64,000 bases of DNA, taken from assembly GCA_030704615.1 (NCBI GenBank), contig CM060731.1, forward strand, positions 26,970,001-27,034,000, read 5' to 3'. The notes below the pieces were generated by a model. That model was not told the DNA's origin, searched no databases, and saw nothing but the letters and a program-made list of their open reading frames with translations. Shown here one piece after another: positions 12,701-25,250 of the stretch. Source of the DNA: Takakia lepidozioides (lineage: Eukaryota; Plantae; Bryophyta). Within the stretch, counting starts at the first letter, position 1, and each line of letters begins with the position of its first letter. The position numbers and the translations under genes were made by a program.

Positions 12701-15700
12701 GATTCTGATAGGCGTTGATTCCTATGTTTACGGTTAAATTTGTTTTATGTACTGGTCATTTGATGGTGACTACCTATTGTAAATGGGATGGCTCAGCATG
12801 AAATTCCTCACCAGGTCCATATGCTCTTCTCCATGAGGGTGTCTGTACCTAGAGGGCATCATTTCAGGCATCAGAAGCACCATAGAGCACCCACAAGCTC
12901 TGCAGAATTTGATTGAAGCTGCCATAGGGGGTGCCTTGAGGATGCTTCTTTAGCAGCAAGGATGTACACCAGCACATATCTTGGATATCTAGAAAGACCA
13001 ATGGCAGTCAGGCTCTATTGTTGGCAAGCCGATGCATGATCAATTTCCCACAATGCACCAGATTTGCTAACCTGCGCCCTTTGGCTTCAATACTAATCTT
13101 GTGAAGTGCTGTTGTACTCCACATATATGGTCACAGGCCCTTGATATGCTGGAAGGCCTCACTTTGATGCTGACCTACTTCGAGGCTCCTTAACAACCTG
13201 CTCTTTTCTTTTGCAGAGAATGGAGAGTGAAGGAGTAGGGGAGGGGCTACCTCATACTACAGGTGCAGATCAGATCACTACTCAACCAGATCCAGCATCA
13301 GCACAGATAGAGATGGAGGAAAATGATGATAGGGGAATGTTTGACAGTGCTGTTTTTGAGAAGGGCAGGAATTCAAAGGGTTGGCCAGCAGTCCCAAGGA
13401 TATCAAAACCTGGCAATTCTTTTCCACATGTTAAAGAAGTGGTTGTAAATGACTGTAACCAGGCCCAAGAGGTGCGGCTCCAGAGGCTACCATCTCCTCC
13501 ACCTTCTGAAAGGCTTTCTGAGGCTTCAGCAGCTATTCCCCTGCCACAGGTAGTGGAAACTCTGGAGAGTCCAGAGCCAATACAGCCACCAGAGCTCAGA
13601 AAATCTCAGAAAATAGATACACGAGCAAACAAGGGTAAGGGTTTTGAGGAGGTTGCACACAAAACAACAGTGTCACCAGACAATCTAGCAAAGGGAGCAG
13701 ACTGGAGTCCCCAACATGCATGCAACACTCTGAAGAAAAAGACACCAATCAAAGTTGCTGCACGAAATCTCTCGGGTTCCATCAACTCAAGAGATATGCC
13801 TGCCAAGAAGGGGATTAACCGAGTCCGGGGCTGCGAGCACTTCATTAGTACAAAATCCTCCAATGAGGGAGGGAACAATATTGGGCCTTTTACCAAGAAA
13901 ACCACTGATTATAATTTGGGTGAACTCCAAGTGCAGATCTGTGGGATCAACAAGCCAGTCCACACTTCACTGTTGCCCACCTGCAAGCGTGGAAGTGAAA
14001 CTATGAATGGGGGGACGAAAAACACTGAGCCAACCTTAATAGGAGCACCTAGCAGTAATGACCAACCAGTGGCACCCTCCATTGCCAGCTGGGTGGCCCC
14101 CTGTTGGAGTGGTAGTGGGTCAGTTGACAAAATCGGCCAGGAACCCCTTTCTACCACATCAATTTCTCTGCATTCGGAAGTGCAAGGAAGTACCTTGGTG
14201 ACACGTGGACTGGCCAGTAGACTTACAGCTGGCACAAAAGCTACACCCACTTCCTCCCATGAATCCACCCACTCTTTTGAAAGCCAAAGACCACAGCAAG
14301 CAGGTCATTCAGATTCTCATGGTACAGGTACCTTAGGGCAAGTGTGCATCAATAGAAGTGTTCCTCAAGCTTTCTCTGATGGAGTAACAGGCAGGGTCAT
14401 GCCAGCACAACCCATCCATGATAATATTAAGTGCCTGGAAACAGCCCCAGCAACCATGGACACAGGATCTGCTTTTGTAGCTGGGCAGACGAATATAGTG
14501 TCTTCCATGATGTCTGTGGGAGACACTCTGACAACTAGAGTTCAGGTACTGTTCTTTCTATCACTTATCACGAGAAGTCATGGTTAATAGACGATTTTAG
14601 GCCTAACCTACTCAGTTGCTGCCTATGTCTCTATTTATATTGGCGATGCCAAAGTTGACTACCACCTTCATTGTCATCTTGCACTCACCATACCTGCCCC
14701 TGGCTGTGTCCTGGCTCAGCCGTTTCAGGGTCCATTGAGATGATCCCTTCCTTTCACATTTGGGTGTTTCTGTTCATTCTCCTTGCAGTTGTCCCCAGGT
14801 TGTTGCACCAGGGGTTTAGTTTGCCCGCACAGCCATGCAATTGAGCATTCTGTTAGAGCTCACCTGGAAGTATCATGCCTAAGTCTTAAAGGCATCGAAC
14901 ATCCCACAGCCAGTTGTGAGGTTTCAGGTAATTGCAGTATATGAGACTCATCCAAATTCGGTGTAAGAGCCTGTGCACAGCCCACAATAATCTCTTAAAG
15001 GGATGGAGGGTCGATGTATGCACAATTGAAAATATACAAGAAGGCATGAGGTTGACTTGGTGCTCAGCCCTGTATCTGCAGACTTGTTTGACATATGTGC
15101 CAGAGGCATAGTCTGAGGGTGAGTCTGAGAGAGAAGAAGAAGAAAGACAAATGAATCTGTAATGTCCATGGGCAGAAAGTAAGATATAAGAAAGAAACTG
15201 AAAGAACACATTTAAGGATCCCAAATGTCTTTTAGAGAGAGAGAGAGAGAGATTGTGTGGCATGGGAATCTGCAACATCGTCTCTCCATTTCTTGCAATG
15301 CAGTTTGGGTTCTGAGGCAAAAAGATTGTTTGCAGCCTGCTGCAATTGGCTTGCTATGGCAGAGAGACTCTTACAGATCTTTCCAGCCCACTCACAATGC
15401 CACTTTTCAAGGAACAACCTCAGATGCACCTGTTTCGGAGCTGCCTGGATGGATGCGGGCGGCTATCAATGACCAGCAGCCAGCCTCATCAGGGGCTGTC
15501 CCAGGAGGTCAAGGATTGAGGGGGCTAGAAAGAGGCAGGGAGCATTTGCCGCTGCCCCCAGAGCCCTTAAGCCCTGAGCATAGTGAGGGGGTCTTCCCTG
15601 CTGATCCAGGCATGGTCCGACTATTTGGCAACCCTGTGTTGAGACTAATGGGGAGGAATGTTCTGGTTGCTAAAGAAGATAAAAGTGCTGGCCGTGGAAC

Positions 15701-18700
15701 TCAGGCTGTAGCCATGGGGGAAGCAAACAAAGTCTCTGGTGAAAAGACTCTGAGAAACTCACATGCAAAAAAGACTGTTGCTGCATTGGAAACGGGGCAA
15801 GAGGTTTTCCAGCCTTCGGAGGCCGCTTCCTCAGTCCATGTCACAGGTGCACCACTTCGCCGGCTTGCAGCATTACAGGAGACAGATTTTTTTCAGGGTT
15901 GCACTACTGCTCATCGTAACCCTTACTTGGAACCCATCTGTCCCACTCCCCAAGAGGCTGGGAATGAGGAACTGGTTGTCCGTTGGCGAGCAGGTGATGC
16001 CAATCAGCGGACCAACACAGCAAGCAAGGGGTCGTCCTCTGACCTCCATTTTCTAGACTCTAATGCCTCCAGAAGAGGGATAACCTCAAACAATGTGCAC
16101 CAGGCAGAGAACTACCTGGGGTGTCTGGAGCCAATGACAAAACATGGACGGATGGGCCATTCAGCAACACCCAGGGAGGATCAGGGCTCTTCAAGACAAA
16201 AGGGGAAACGGAACTCCTCCTTATCTGGTGGATGCACACAGCCAGCCCCAGGCCAGGAGGTTATTGTGATTGATGACTCAGAAGGTGGCACGTCACCAGA
16301 GTCTGGATCACCACCAGCTGCCAAGCATCGACGCCTTTCCTTAAATGCTCTAGTGGAAATGGGGGCGCTCAGGGCCCTTCCCCCTGAGCTGGCAGTACAG
16401 GCTTCAAACTTCAGAGGGCCAGGAGCATCGGGCCCAGTGATGGAGCTTGATTGCTCACGTATTCCACAGTTATCTGGTATGAGCTCACACAATTTGCTAG
16501 GAGAGTTGAGAAAGCTGGGTTTGGTGCCTGCAACCCATGTGGATGCCCGCAATTTGATTTCAGGCCAAGGTGCGACAATGGATCTGGACAGACACCAGAG
16601 AATTATGGGGGAGCTACCTGGTCCAAGTTCTGCAGCTTTGTCCTCCCGAATACCACCCCAAGGATTGATGGGCAATGCAGCTGAGGGGTCAGCTGCAGTG
16701 TTTCGACAGGGGAGGATGGGATCTGCAAAGGCAACCACCACAGCAGGCAAAATGTTGGGACTCCCACCCTGGCTACTGGCAGAAAAGAAACAGAGGGAGG
16801 CACAAAAAATAGCAGATAATTTGATAGTTCTTGATGATGATGATTCAGTGGATGAAGCCCCTTCCAGGTCTTCAAGTTTACCAAAGGGATCCGTGCTGGG
16901 CACTAATGGTGGAGGGCGGGCAGCTTCTGGAGCTGTTGTGCAACCTAGTGCTAAGTCAGTGGATGCGTCATTATGCCCTGCTTGTCCTTTAGAAATTGAA
17001 CCCAGAGTGAGTGAGCGACTGAAAACCAACCCATCCACGCCACCTGTTATCAGCTTCTTGAGTCAAGGCACATCTGGTATCTCACAGGTTCCTTTGGTTT
17101 CTAGGCAGGTGGGAGGTAGTGTGCCTAGCTCTAATGTGCCTCCAGGATTTGCCTTGTCTGAGCAGAGAGCTCACCCAGGTAATGCTGCTGTGGAGATGAC
17201 AGCAGGGAGGCCTAGTGGTGATAGAGGGGATCTTCCACCTACGGGCATAGCCCAGAAGGCTGTTGGGGTTTTGGGAGAGAGGATGGGAGCTGGAGGATGG
17301 AAGGATGGCACACCAGTTTCTATCAGGAGGGACCCAGCAGGTTCTGAGAGGGAGAACAGTGATGTACACAGCAAGTATGGCGAGATTGAACAGGTTGGGC
17401 CTGCCAAGGGTGGCAAGATTTTAGACAAGGGATCTGGAGGGAAAGGTCCAGTAAACAAGGGTGGCATCTCCCTCCTACCCCCCAGCTGGATGTCAGGTGG
17501 GAATGGGGGACCCAGGAGAGGGGCAGCTGCTCAGGCATGTAAAGCTGCTGTAGCCCTCCTGACCAAAACAGAAGCATCTCGAATGCCTCAGAAACAGACT
17601 CTTGGGCTGTCAGTACGGGAAGGGGCTTGCCTTCGTGACTCTGAGCAGTCCACCAAACCGAGCAGTACTAACATCCATCATCAAAATCCGATTGTTTTAC
17701 AGGACAGATCAAAGGAGATGCATGCAGCTATGTGCGATTCCAGGCCAGAAACCAGCAATGTTACAAAAGCTCCTTTGAATCCAGCCCCACTGAACCTGCC
17801 ATCGACACACTTTGAACAACCCATCCCTCAGCAGCTGCAACCAGGCAATTCTAGTGATCTAATTGAGAATCAGCACAATGGCAGTGAACTAAAAGACATT
17901 ACTCCTCGGGACAGTGTCCTTGGAAGGGGAATATCGCCCAACTTGGCAAGGGCACTGGCTTCCCGTAATGCCCGAATACTCGGGGAACCTTTAGTTACTG
18001 GGGACAAGCCATCGGCGAGGTCCAATTACCAGGCTTCCAGGCCTGGCTTAACTGAGGGGCCCTTGGACACACCAAGCCCGCCGCACATATCTGGCAGTGT
18101 GGCCACCACCTCAGGTTTAAACTACTCCCTGACTACTAACAAAGTCATATATTACTTCAAAGCCAGGAACATTCAAATTATAAGCTCAAATCAATGGTGG
18201 CATGTGTAAAGTTTGAGTGTTTCATTTACCTATTAGTTTCGTTATATGTACATAAATAATGATCTTATGTGAGAGCCAGCTGCAAGCACCTAGGCTGCAA
18301 CTTGTTGGCATGAGTGATATTTCCTTGGGCCACCAGGTTTATTTTATTGAGTTCGAAAGTTGGTCTCCTATGTATGGCTCTCTTACGGTAGCTGGTTATT
18401 GTATGATAGGTGTACACCGTTGTTTTTGGTATATGTTTGTTCTCATTTGGCCACTGCATGATCTTCTGGACACCCTATCAAAGGTCTCCCACCAAGCTCT
18501 ATTCTTGGGTTTGGTTATTGCTTGGTACGAAACCCTCATGAGGGCATACTACACCAAGCAGACTCTCTAAACCCCTGAGTTTATTAAATCTGTTGCTATA
18601 TTGCAGATGGAAGCACAGGTGCTCACTCAAACAGTGCTGGACATGGACTTGCACAGGTTGGAAGGCAGGTTGTCATAAGCTCCTCAAACAGGGGTAAGCA

Positions 18701-19397
18701 TCAGGCTTCAGCTGCGAGCCCAGGTGGTATCTTGGATTCCAGCATCTTCACTACATCAGGTGGCCATCCTCCAGATATGGCCAGAGTCAGAGAAGAAATT
18801 CATTTGTCCAGGGCCTTGGGGGACTCCTCAGGTCATCCAGTCAGAAGGCAGTGTTCACTTAGGAGGGACAGAAACTCAGACTCGGCTCTCTCAGGCGCAT
18901 GCATCACCACAGACATCCCTGATCTTATGACCATGACACCACTTGGAAAGCAGGTTGCACGCAGTGCTTTTTACAGAGAGCAGCTGACAACTCCAGTCAC
19001 AAGCAGCACAGTTCCTCCAGCCACACCCAGCTTGGTTCCATCCCAAAACAGGAAAGAGACGACTTGGGAAACTGCAGCTGATGGTGTGCACGGTGATGAC
19101 TTCTCACCCACTCTTTCAAGTCAGAATCCTCCCAGCTCTTTTGGAAGTAGCCGGCAGCTGGAAAAGACTTCAGCTGAGAACTGGGTGTGGACAAAGCAAG
19201 CAGTCTCACTCCATCCTCCAGTGCAAGAAATAAAGCCTTCATCGATGCTGGACCCATCAAGAAGTTCTGTAGGAGTTTCCCGAAATAGACTGACAGACGA
19301 CGAGTCAACAGGGGCTGCAACAGTGCCTAAAAGTCCAAATGAAAAAAGTGAGGCTGTCATGCCCAATACTGCGATCAGCACGTTGAGTGGAACCTGA
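3759..19397 (+). CDS. Large nuclear protein of the HAPLESS8 (At5g56240-like)/EMF1-N-motif family with two UBZ4-type zinc fingers; predicted exons 3759-4057, 5741-7664, 11134-11316, 11652-12584, 13217-14545, 14789-14927, 15412-18114, 18607-19397 (~2766 aa)
   Basis: All junctions are GT-AG and phase-compatible, giving an 8301-nt open frame. Splicing creates FTIR-SFVASVREADLRQTWPF...ILP, the FSIR..V...R..D....WPF motif of the family. Zinc fingers are CPLCHIFTSSSSKALNIHIDKCL and CPVCRIFTSPSNTALNAHIDQCL, followed by KKRSLADL. The conserved NPVLRLMGRNVLV motif is present. An in-frame stop lies upstream of ATG 3759. The exon 3 acceptor could alternatively be 11116. Confidence 0.8.
4150..5200 (+). 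mobile_element. Possible highly decayed LINE 3' fragment in intron 1
   Basis: Broken-frame peptides resembling the non-LTR C-terminal Cys/His region (H.FLHCSQFA..AWGW near 4890; IWLITR near 5005). No long ORF. Confidence 0.2.
8100..10900 (-). mobile_element. Decayed LINE remnant in intron 2, interrupted by a GC-rich segment (~9580-10330)
   Basis: Minus-strand fragments in LINE order: LLVASQAVLLYPTMWP (~10690), VPAIWSAPLRPHTNLLL (zf-RVT-like, ~8790) and IEWLILQ (~8225). Many stops and frameshifts. Confidence 0.3.
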
Positions 19398-20630
19398 CCT
19401 TTTCTGTCCGTGGTTCCGAATTTGCCTTAGACCCATGGCTGGAACAGCAGAGAGGAACAGATGACCACTCACCTCTTGCAATCATTCTCCTGGGACCATC
19501 CTTGGATACCAAATGCACCTGCTGCAGGACCGGTCATCTTTTAGTAGACACATCCTGGTGCCAGCACAGGAACTGACAGCAATTGCATCCAATTTCACAG
19601 AGAGAAACCCTACTGTTTTAGCCACCCAAGGAAACCAGTCCAAGTTACAGTGAGCAATCCCCACAAAGACCAAGCCCTAGCTTTGACAAGGCCATGATCC
19701 AATGAGGCTCCTTTCTCAGCTACAGGACCAGGCATTTCACTGGCTGCTGGAAAGCCCACCGTTTCGCATGAATATGAGAGAGCCTACAATCAACCCGAGT
19801 GGTGCTGCACAAGCGGACTCAGGTGCGTTTGCATGTTTCCAATGTGACAAAGCCCCCCTTCAGTGGGCCTATCTCAATGTGTTTGAACAGTCCTTTCTCA
19901 GCAGCTGTGTGGGAAGAGACTTTTGAGGGCAATTGAGGTTGTGACCACAAGTTGTGGGGTGATCATCGTGACACTGTCAAGTAGTACCACCGCTACTTAG
20001 GTCTGTAACTGCTACTAAGTGGCTACTTGATGTTATAATCGTCTCTCACACCTGGAACTGCAATCTTGCAATTGTTGTACACTTTCACAATGGGATTGCA
20101 ACAAGGACCAATGTGGTGGGTGTCCCTCTTAACTATATCTAACTTGAAAAGTGTAAAACACAGGTGACAACTCATGGATTAAGGGGCAACTACCAGATTC
20201 CTAGGGCACCAGCTTCATTCACAACCTGTTCTTGGGACCTTCAGAACTCATCTCATACTGGCCTCATCTCCCTCCAGGCACGAAGGCAAGTCAAATACAA
20301 ATGTGGTGAAGAGGGTGCTGATGCAAGGCCTTAGGTCAGGATGGGCGTAAAGAGACTGTAGAGAGACTGCTGGATCTCGGTTTTCCCGCCCTCAGCTTGG
20401 CCATAGAGTATAGAAAAGGTGAGTTTTTCACAAGATGGATGCAGAACTATGAAACTCAAGGTCTTGGAAGGTCTCTCTTTGGAGCTTAGTATGCAAGGAG
20501 AAAGTGGAGATGACCAGTACTGTTGGGGTCATATTACTGAACGCAGTCCAATTGGTACAAATGCCACTGCACATTAGAACATGTATATCTACGAAGTATA
20601 ACAGATTTGGTTTTTTTTAAACCCCTAAAA

Positions 20631-20928
20631 GGTCCATTCGCACCAAGGGGTATATGGATTCATGCTGGGCGTATTTATCCCTCCCTCTAGTCATCGGTCA
20701 AATTGAAATGCAGGGGGTCTTAGCAACGTCTCCCCAACGTAAATCTATCTATCATTACAAGAAAAGCGAATAGCGGGAACAACGCTGGCCCCAGCCTCTA
20801 ACCCTGCTGCCATGTCATCTGCTCTGTCAGATTTTAGGATAAATCTAATCTCTAGTCTGAACAGGACCTTAGCAAGGTCAAATATATTTGGTTGTAATCC
20901 CTCATATAACCCATGGTGCGAATGGAGC
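20631..20928. mobile_element. MITE-like element with ~25-bp terminal inverted repeats
   Basis: Left GGTCCATTCGCACCAAGGGGTATATG versus reverse complement of right GCTCCATTCGCACCATGGGTTATATG. TSD not clear. Confidence 0.5.
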
Positions 20929-22055
20929 GAAGCAACCCGAGTGGGGTTGATGCCGTTTTCATCTCACGGAGTAACTTTTGTGGATGAATGTTGATGAAAA
21001 TTAATTTGGATGAAAAGTGAGCACGGAATCCACCTGCACATGGGCGAATTTATTGCACCCCAATATAATAAACGGGCCTCATTTTGTAACGATGGGCCTT
21101 AGGGCAGCATGTCCGCCAGTGCGGACAACCACCCGTCGTGGGAAGATGGATGGCATCCCGTCACCCGACGGACCATGCTTTTGTGCCACCGTCTTCCCTG
21201 TTTGTTCTCTCTCACTCGACAGCTTGATATCGCTTTGGTGCACTCAAGCTCTTCGTTGCAGCTGGTTCTTTGAGGTCCTATGCATACCTACGATGAGGCA
21301 TTACAGCTTCACTTCCTGTGCGATGGACCGACCCTAGCGCCTTACGTTTGACTTGGCGGGAGTTGTGTGGACTGGTGTAGTTAGGGTGTTGTCTTTGTTC
21401 TCCAGGGTTGTAGTCTTTAGTGTGTGATTGTGTATGTGATTGTGTTTGCAAACCATCGCGCCTAAGTGTGAGTTGAGAAATACCTTAATTGGATTGGAGA
21501 GATCTGGAGGGCGCAGCTCTGCTCTCCCACGCTGCTTTCTGCTAAATCCTTCTCTATTTTCATGCTTTAGGTTTTTGCTAACTTTATATGCAATGTAGTG
21601 TCATTTGTTGGGCAATGCTTCCGTGTGAGCCTGGCCGCATGAACCTGTGAGTCTGTGAGCACGTGAGGGCAGCCAAGCTCACGCCACGTCACCATTTGTT
21701 GCTGACATGGAGGATCTATTCCCGCGGAAACAAAAGACGATTGCAACTCCGCCGCGGCATCCTTATCTTACGAGAGCATTTGTCCCCCATGAATAAATAG
21801 GTTGGATGTCAACTTAATTTACGTCTGCAGAGCGGGCTCCAAGCATGGCTATAGGCATTTATATGGACTACAATGCCTCAAACGAGATCGAGAATGGTAG
21901 TCCCTCTGGGAGCTCTAGTTGTTGAGACATTTGTCGGACACTCGCTTAATAAATGGTTTTTTGAGATTGGAGTTGCTGCCATGGTTCATGTATGAAATTC
22001 GTCACTGCCATTGTGGATGGTGTTTGGGCTGACACCAACTTCATTCCAAAATTCT

Positions 22056-23744
22056 CATACAGGAAAAGGGGGGGGTTGTGACGTCCCAGCCACGTCGCGG
22101 CGTCGCAAAACAACCCTTTTCGGGCAGGGGGGAGGGGCCAATTTTACGACGCCCAGGCGTCGCCAAAAATCGTTGCAAATTTGCGCCGGCGCGGCTTGCG
22201 ACGCCCGAGCGTCGTTAAAAAAATAAAAATAAAAATCCTACTCTGCAATGTCGAATTAGCAACGTCCGTACATTCTTAAAGTGGATTTGTTCTTACTGCA
22301 GGATGCCAAATACTGCAGGAGGGACGTCTACACCGCAGTTCATAGGTAGGAGGAACGTGCATTTTTTTGTCAGGGGGGATTTCATGCCTAGTCCAGAAAG
22401 GGACTACATCCTTCCTACTTATGCTGCCCGGCTTGCTTCGGTGTCCATTATGAGGTCTTCCGAACCTAGTCGTGTACAACAGATTTTAGACGAGGCAAGC
22501 CTCAAGAAAATGAAGATGAGGGAGGAGGCAGCAGCTATTAGAGCCCGTCAGGCTCGTAGATTTGTCTTGGATTCTGCTGAGGAAAGTGGGGGAGAAGAGG
22601 CAGAAGATTCCCAGGAGGTGAGGTGGACAGTCCCCCAAGAAGAGGACGGAATTTTTGAGAGGCATAGTGGAACTGATGCATCACAGAGCTCGGAGGATGG
22701 GGGGGATGAGGGGGATGAGGAGGAAGGCGGGGCAAGTTCCTCGGAGGGTGTAGGAGAGTAGTGCCCATTCCGGCTATGACAGTTACGACACACTTGTATA
22801 AATGTGGCTTGCCACAAAATTTGTAATAAAATGTTGCATTTCATTGCTATGACGAGTCCACTGGTGCCAAATTCCAACTTCATATGACCCTATTTCCGTG
22901 CCTCCTAACCCTATTTCCGTGGACACACAATGGTCCGCTCATGTTTTTTTTTTTTTTCCGCTCACAAAGTGCGACGCCCGGACGTCACAGTTTAAGGGGG
23001 TACATTTGAATTTAGGTGGGAAAATTTGAATTTGAAATTTAAATTTCAAAAACTCCGGTTCTATCCAATAGCAATATGTTCATTGTTCTACATATATTAA
23101 GCAATGCATACTTGAACCTACGACCTCCGCGTTATTACATTTCTAAGACACAATAGACTAACCAACACACCTACGATACATCTATGTATCACAAAAGCAA
23201 TCTAAATATATATATACATATCAAGATTTCTTTCAAGTTCCTTCTAATGAGGTCCCTCTTGTGCCCCAGCGTCATTATTTTATTTTTATTTTTATTTTTA
23301 ACGTTGCGACGCCAAGCGTCACTAAGGGCACCCCAACGCCTCTACGACGCCGAGGCGTCGCAACGACATCCCAAAAATGGAGTTTTTTTTTTTTTTGGCT
23401 TTGGCTTTGGGTTTTGCGGCCCTCAACGTCACAAAAGCATCGTTGGGGGCGCCCACGCTGGGACGCCGTGGGGTCGCAACGACGTTGCCACAAGGGGTCG
23501 CAACAGTGTTATAATCAGTTTAGGTCATCACAAGGATGTCACTTGAGGCGCTTGGCGGTGGGGCTGCAACAATAGCGACGACGCTGGGACTGGGGCTGGG
23601 GCTGGGGCTAGGCACTAAGGCTGTGGAGGTTGCAACTCCCGACGTGCAAGGAAAAAAAATCCGTCGCAGGTTCAGCGCCACGCGGGGCGTGGCGGCTGGC
23701 AGCCAACCCCCCCCCCCCCCCCCCCCAAAAAATTTGCTGTAGTG
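22056..23744. mobile_element. Non-autonomous CACTA (En/Spm)-like element
   Basis: The right end reads CACTACAGCAAA...G-run on the - strand and the left end CA-TACAGGAAAA...G-run (one base lost). Dense subterminal GCGACGCC/GGCGTCGC repeats occur in both orientations at both ends. There is an internal acidic ORF fragment at 22303-22761. The 3-bp TSD is not conserved. Confidence 0.6.
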
Positions 23745-24079
23745 AGGCCTACTGTCTCTCCAGCAATGTTATCTACAAATATTTTAGCTTGATAGCCAAG
23801 CTTTTTCTTGCTGCGAGCTACACTAGGATGATAACAAGTCGACTACCGCGACAAGACACGTGCCCAAGCCTCCGCGTACACAGGCAAATGGAAATCATGT
23901 GGTGGACTTGGAGACAAACCATAACCTCGAGAACGGGAAGAAGGCGCCGTCGAGCCGTGCGGCACTCTGAAATGAACCAAGCCCGAATAGTGTTAGAAGC
24001 CATGGAGATAGTCATTGAAATGCATGACAAGAGAACCCAAGGACCGACAGCAACAGCTAGATACATGATCAATAACATG

Positions 24080-24560
24080 ACTTACTCACACTCAAAATCC
24101 GAGTCCACGTCAAGATCCTCGGGCTCAGCAGCGTCTGGCTCCTCACAAACCGCCTATGTCCGGGGGGCAGATGTTGAGCCCGACAACAGCTGCTCAAGTT
24201 CGCTCGAAAAGAGTTTTGTATCCCCCTCCATGCCAAAGAAGTGTCTGCCCGCGCTCTTGCAGGCATGGAAAGATGCACCTGCAATACAAGCCATAACTTA
24301 AAGTTAGAACATGTTGTAGCACACGAAATCGATGCCATTGCAGCTGAAAACATGATGAAAACAGACATCCGACTTGTGCCCATGGACAAGTCCACCACCC
24401 GCCCACCGTGCCGGCAACATGTCGCCACTAGTGTCTGCAAGAACGCTGGGGATTTCTCTCGCACATCTCTCCAAGGGACACCATTTGACCTTTTCAGCGT
24501 CCTGCCTGAATCCGCGTAATTAAAAATCACATCGTCCTCCAAGTTCAGAAGGCGCACACG
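24080..24560 (-). pseudogene. C-terminal exons of a beta-class DNA amino-methyltransferase-like gene (second copy)
   Basis: Spliced over intron 24279-24373: DDVIFNYADSGRTLKRSNGVPWRDVREKSPAFLQTLVATCCRHGGRVVDLSMGT-S-ASFHACKSAGRHFFGMEGDTKLF. It aligns with 55360-55690 with the same phase-1 intron, and with the generic KP..L...LI......G..VLDPF.GSG.T..A....GR.FIG.E.D end of N6/N4 MTases. Confidence 0.65.
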
Positions 24561-25065
24561 ATCAAAGAAGATGAGCCAATCTTCAGGGACCTATCAAAGT
24601 ACACATCGGAGAATCTGCAAATTTCCACCAGTATTACAAGCAGAGCAAACCTGCCACTCCTATCTCCCTCAGATCTTGCATCATTCCGGAACCCCACTTC
24701 TGGAGTCCACCTCTTCTTCTCAACCTTCTCTGTGCGCAATTTCATCTTTTGTGAGTGAGGAGGTCACAAGCATGAAAATTAAGGTGAGTCCACAAAACCA
24801 GTAACATGAGGATAGCGTACATGCTTTTATTCGCTTCTGCAAATCCCTCAAAAGCGCCTGCTCCATGTCAACAACACGCAACAACCTTGCTCACATACTT
24901 TGGAGCAGCATTTTACAACAGCATTTGAACACCAGAGAGAGACAAGTCGATCTTTGCCTCACGAAGATATGTGGTTAACAGAGCGACTCTCTCCGAAAGG
25001 GAGAAAGCAAGCGGCTAGTCGCGGAATGGCTCCACCCTAAAACTTCAAATAGAAAATTTCCTTAA

Positions 25066-25207
25066 CCCCTAAGCGCCCATTCGACCCATTTTCGGCCGAA
25101 TGTTTTGGTTTTTCGGCTCTGTTTTTCTCGGATTTTAACCGATTAACCTGATGTTTGGAGGGTAGGATGCCAGCCACATGGCAGTCAAGATTCCAAGGCG
25201 CGATTAG

Positions 25208-25250
<43 letters not shown>

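Larger units (their letters stand above)
21610..24900 (-). mobile_element. Truncated, inverted relative of the 45184-56576 Mutator-like element (terminus plus 3' end of the MTase-like cargo gene), interrupted by a CACTA-like insertion; inner boundary approximate
   Basis: 21610 GGGCAATGCTTCCGTGTGAGCCTGG matches the reverse-complemented right end of the large element (CAAGGATGCCTCGGTGTGAGCCTGG). The subterminal TATTCCCGCGG and CCGCGGAAACAA motifs are shared. Homologous MTase exons lie on the - strand at the expected side. The other end was not found. Confidence 0.65.

Noticed and set aside
16181-17038. 285-aa minus-strand ORF and similar shadow ORFs (e.g. 46478-47206 +)
   Set aside because: These are antisense shadows of real coding exons or of the transposase.
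5679-19397. Treating ORFs 5679-7763, 11652-12620, 13211-14587, 15225-18209 and 18732-19397 as separate genes
   Set aside because: They join through phase-compatible splice sites into one reading frame carrying family motifs at both ends.
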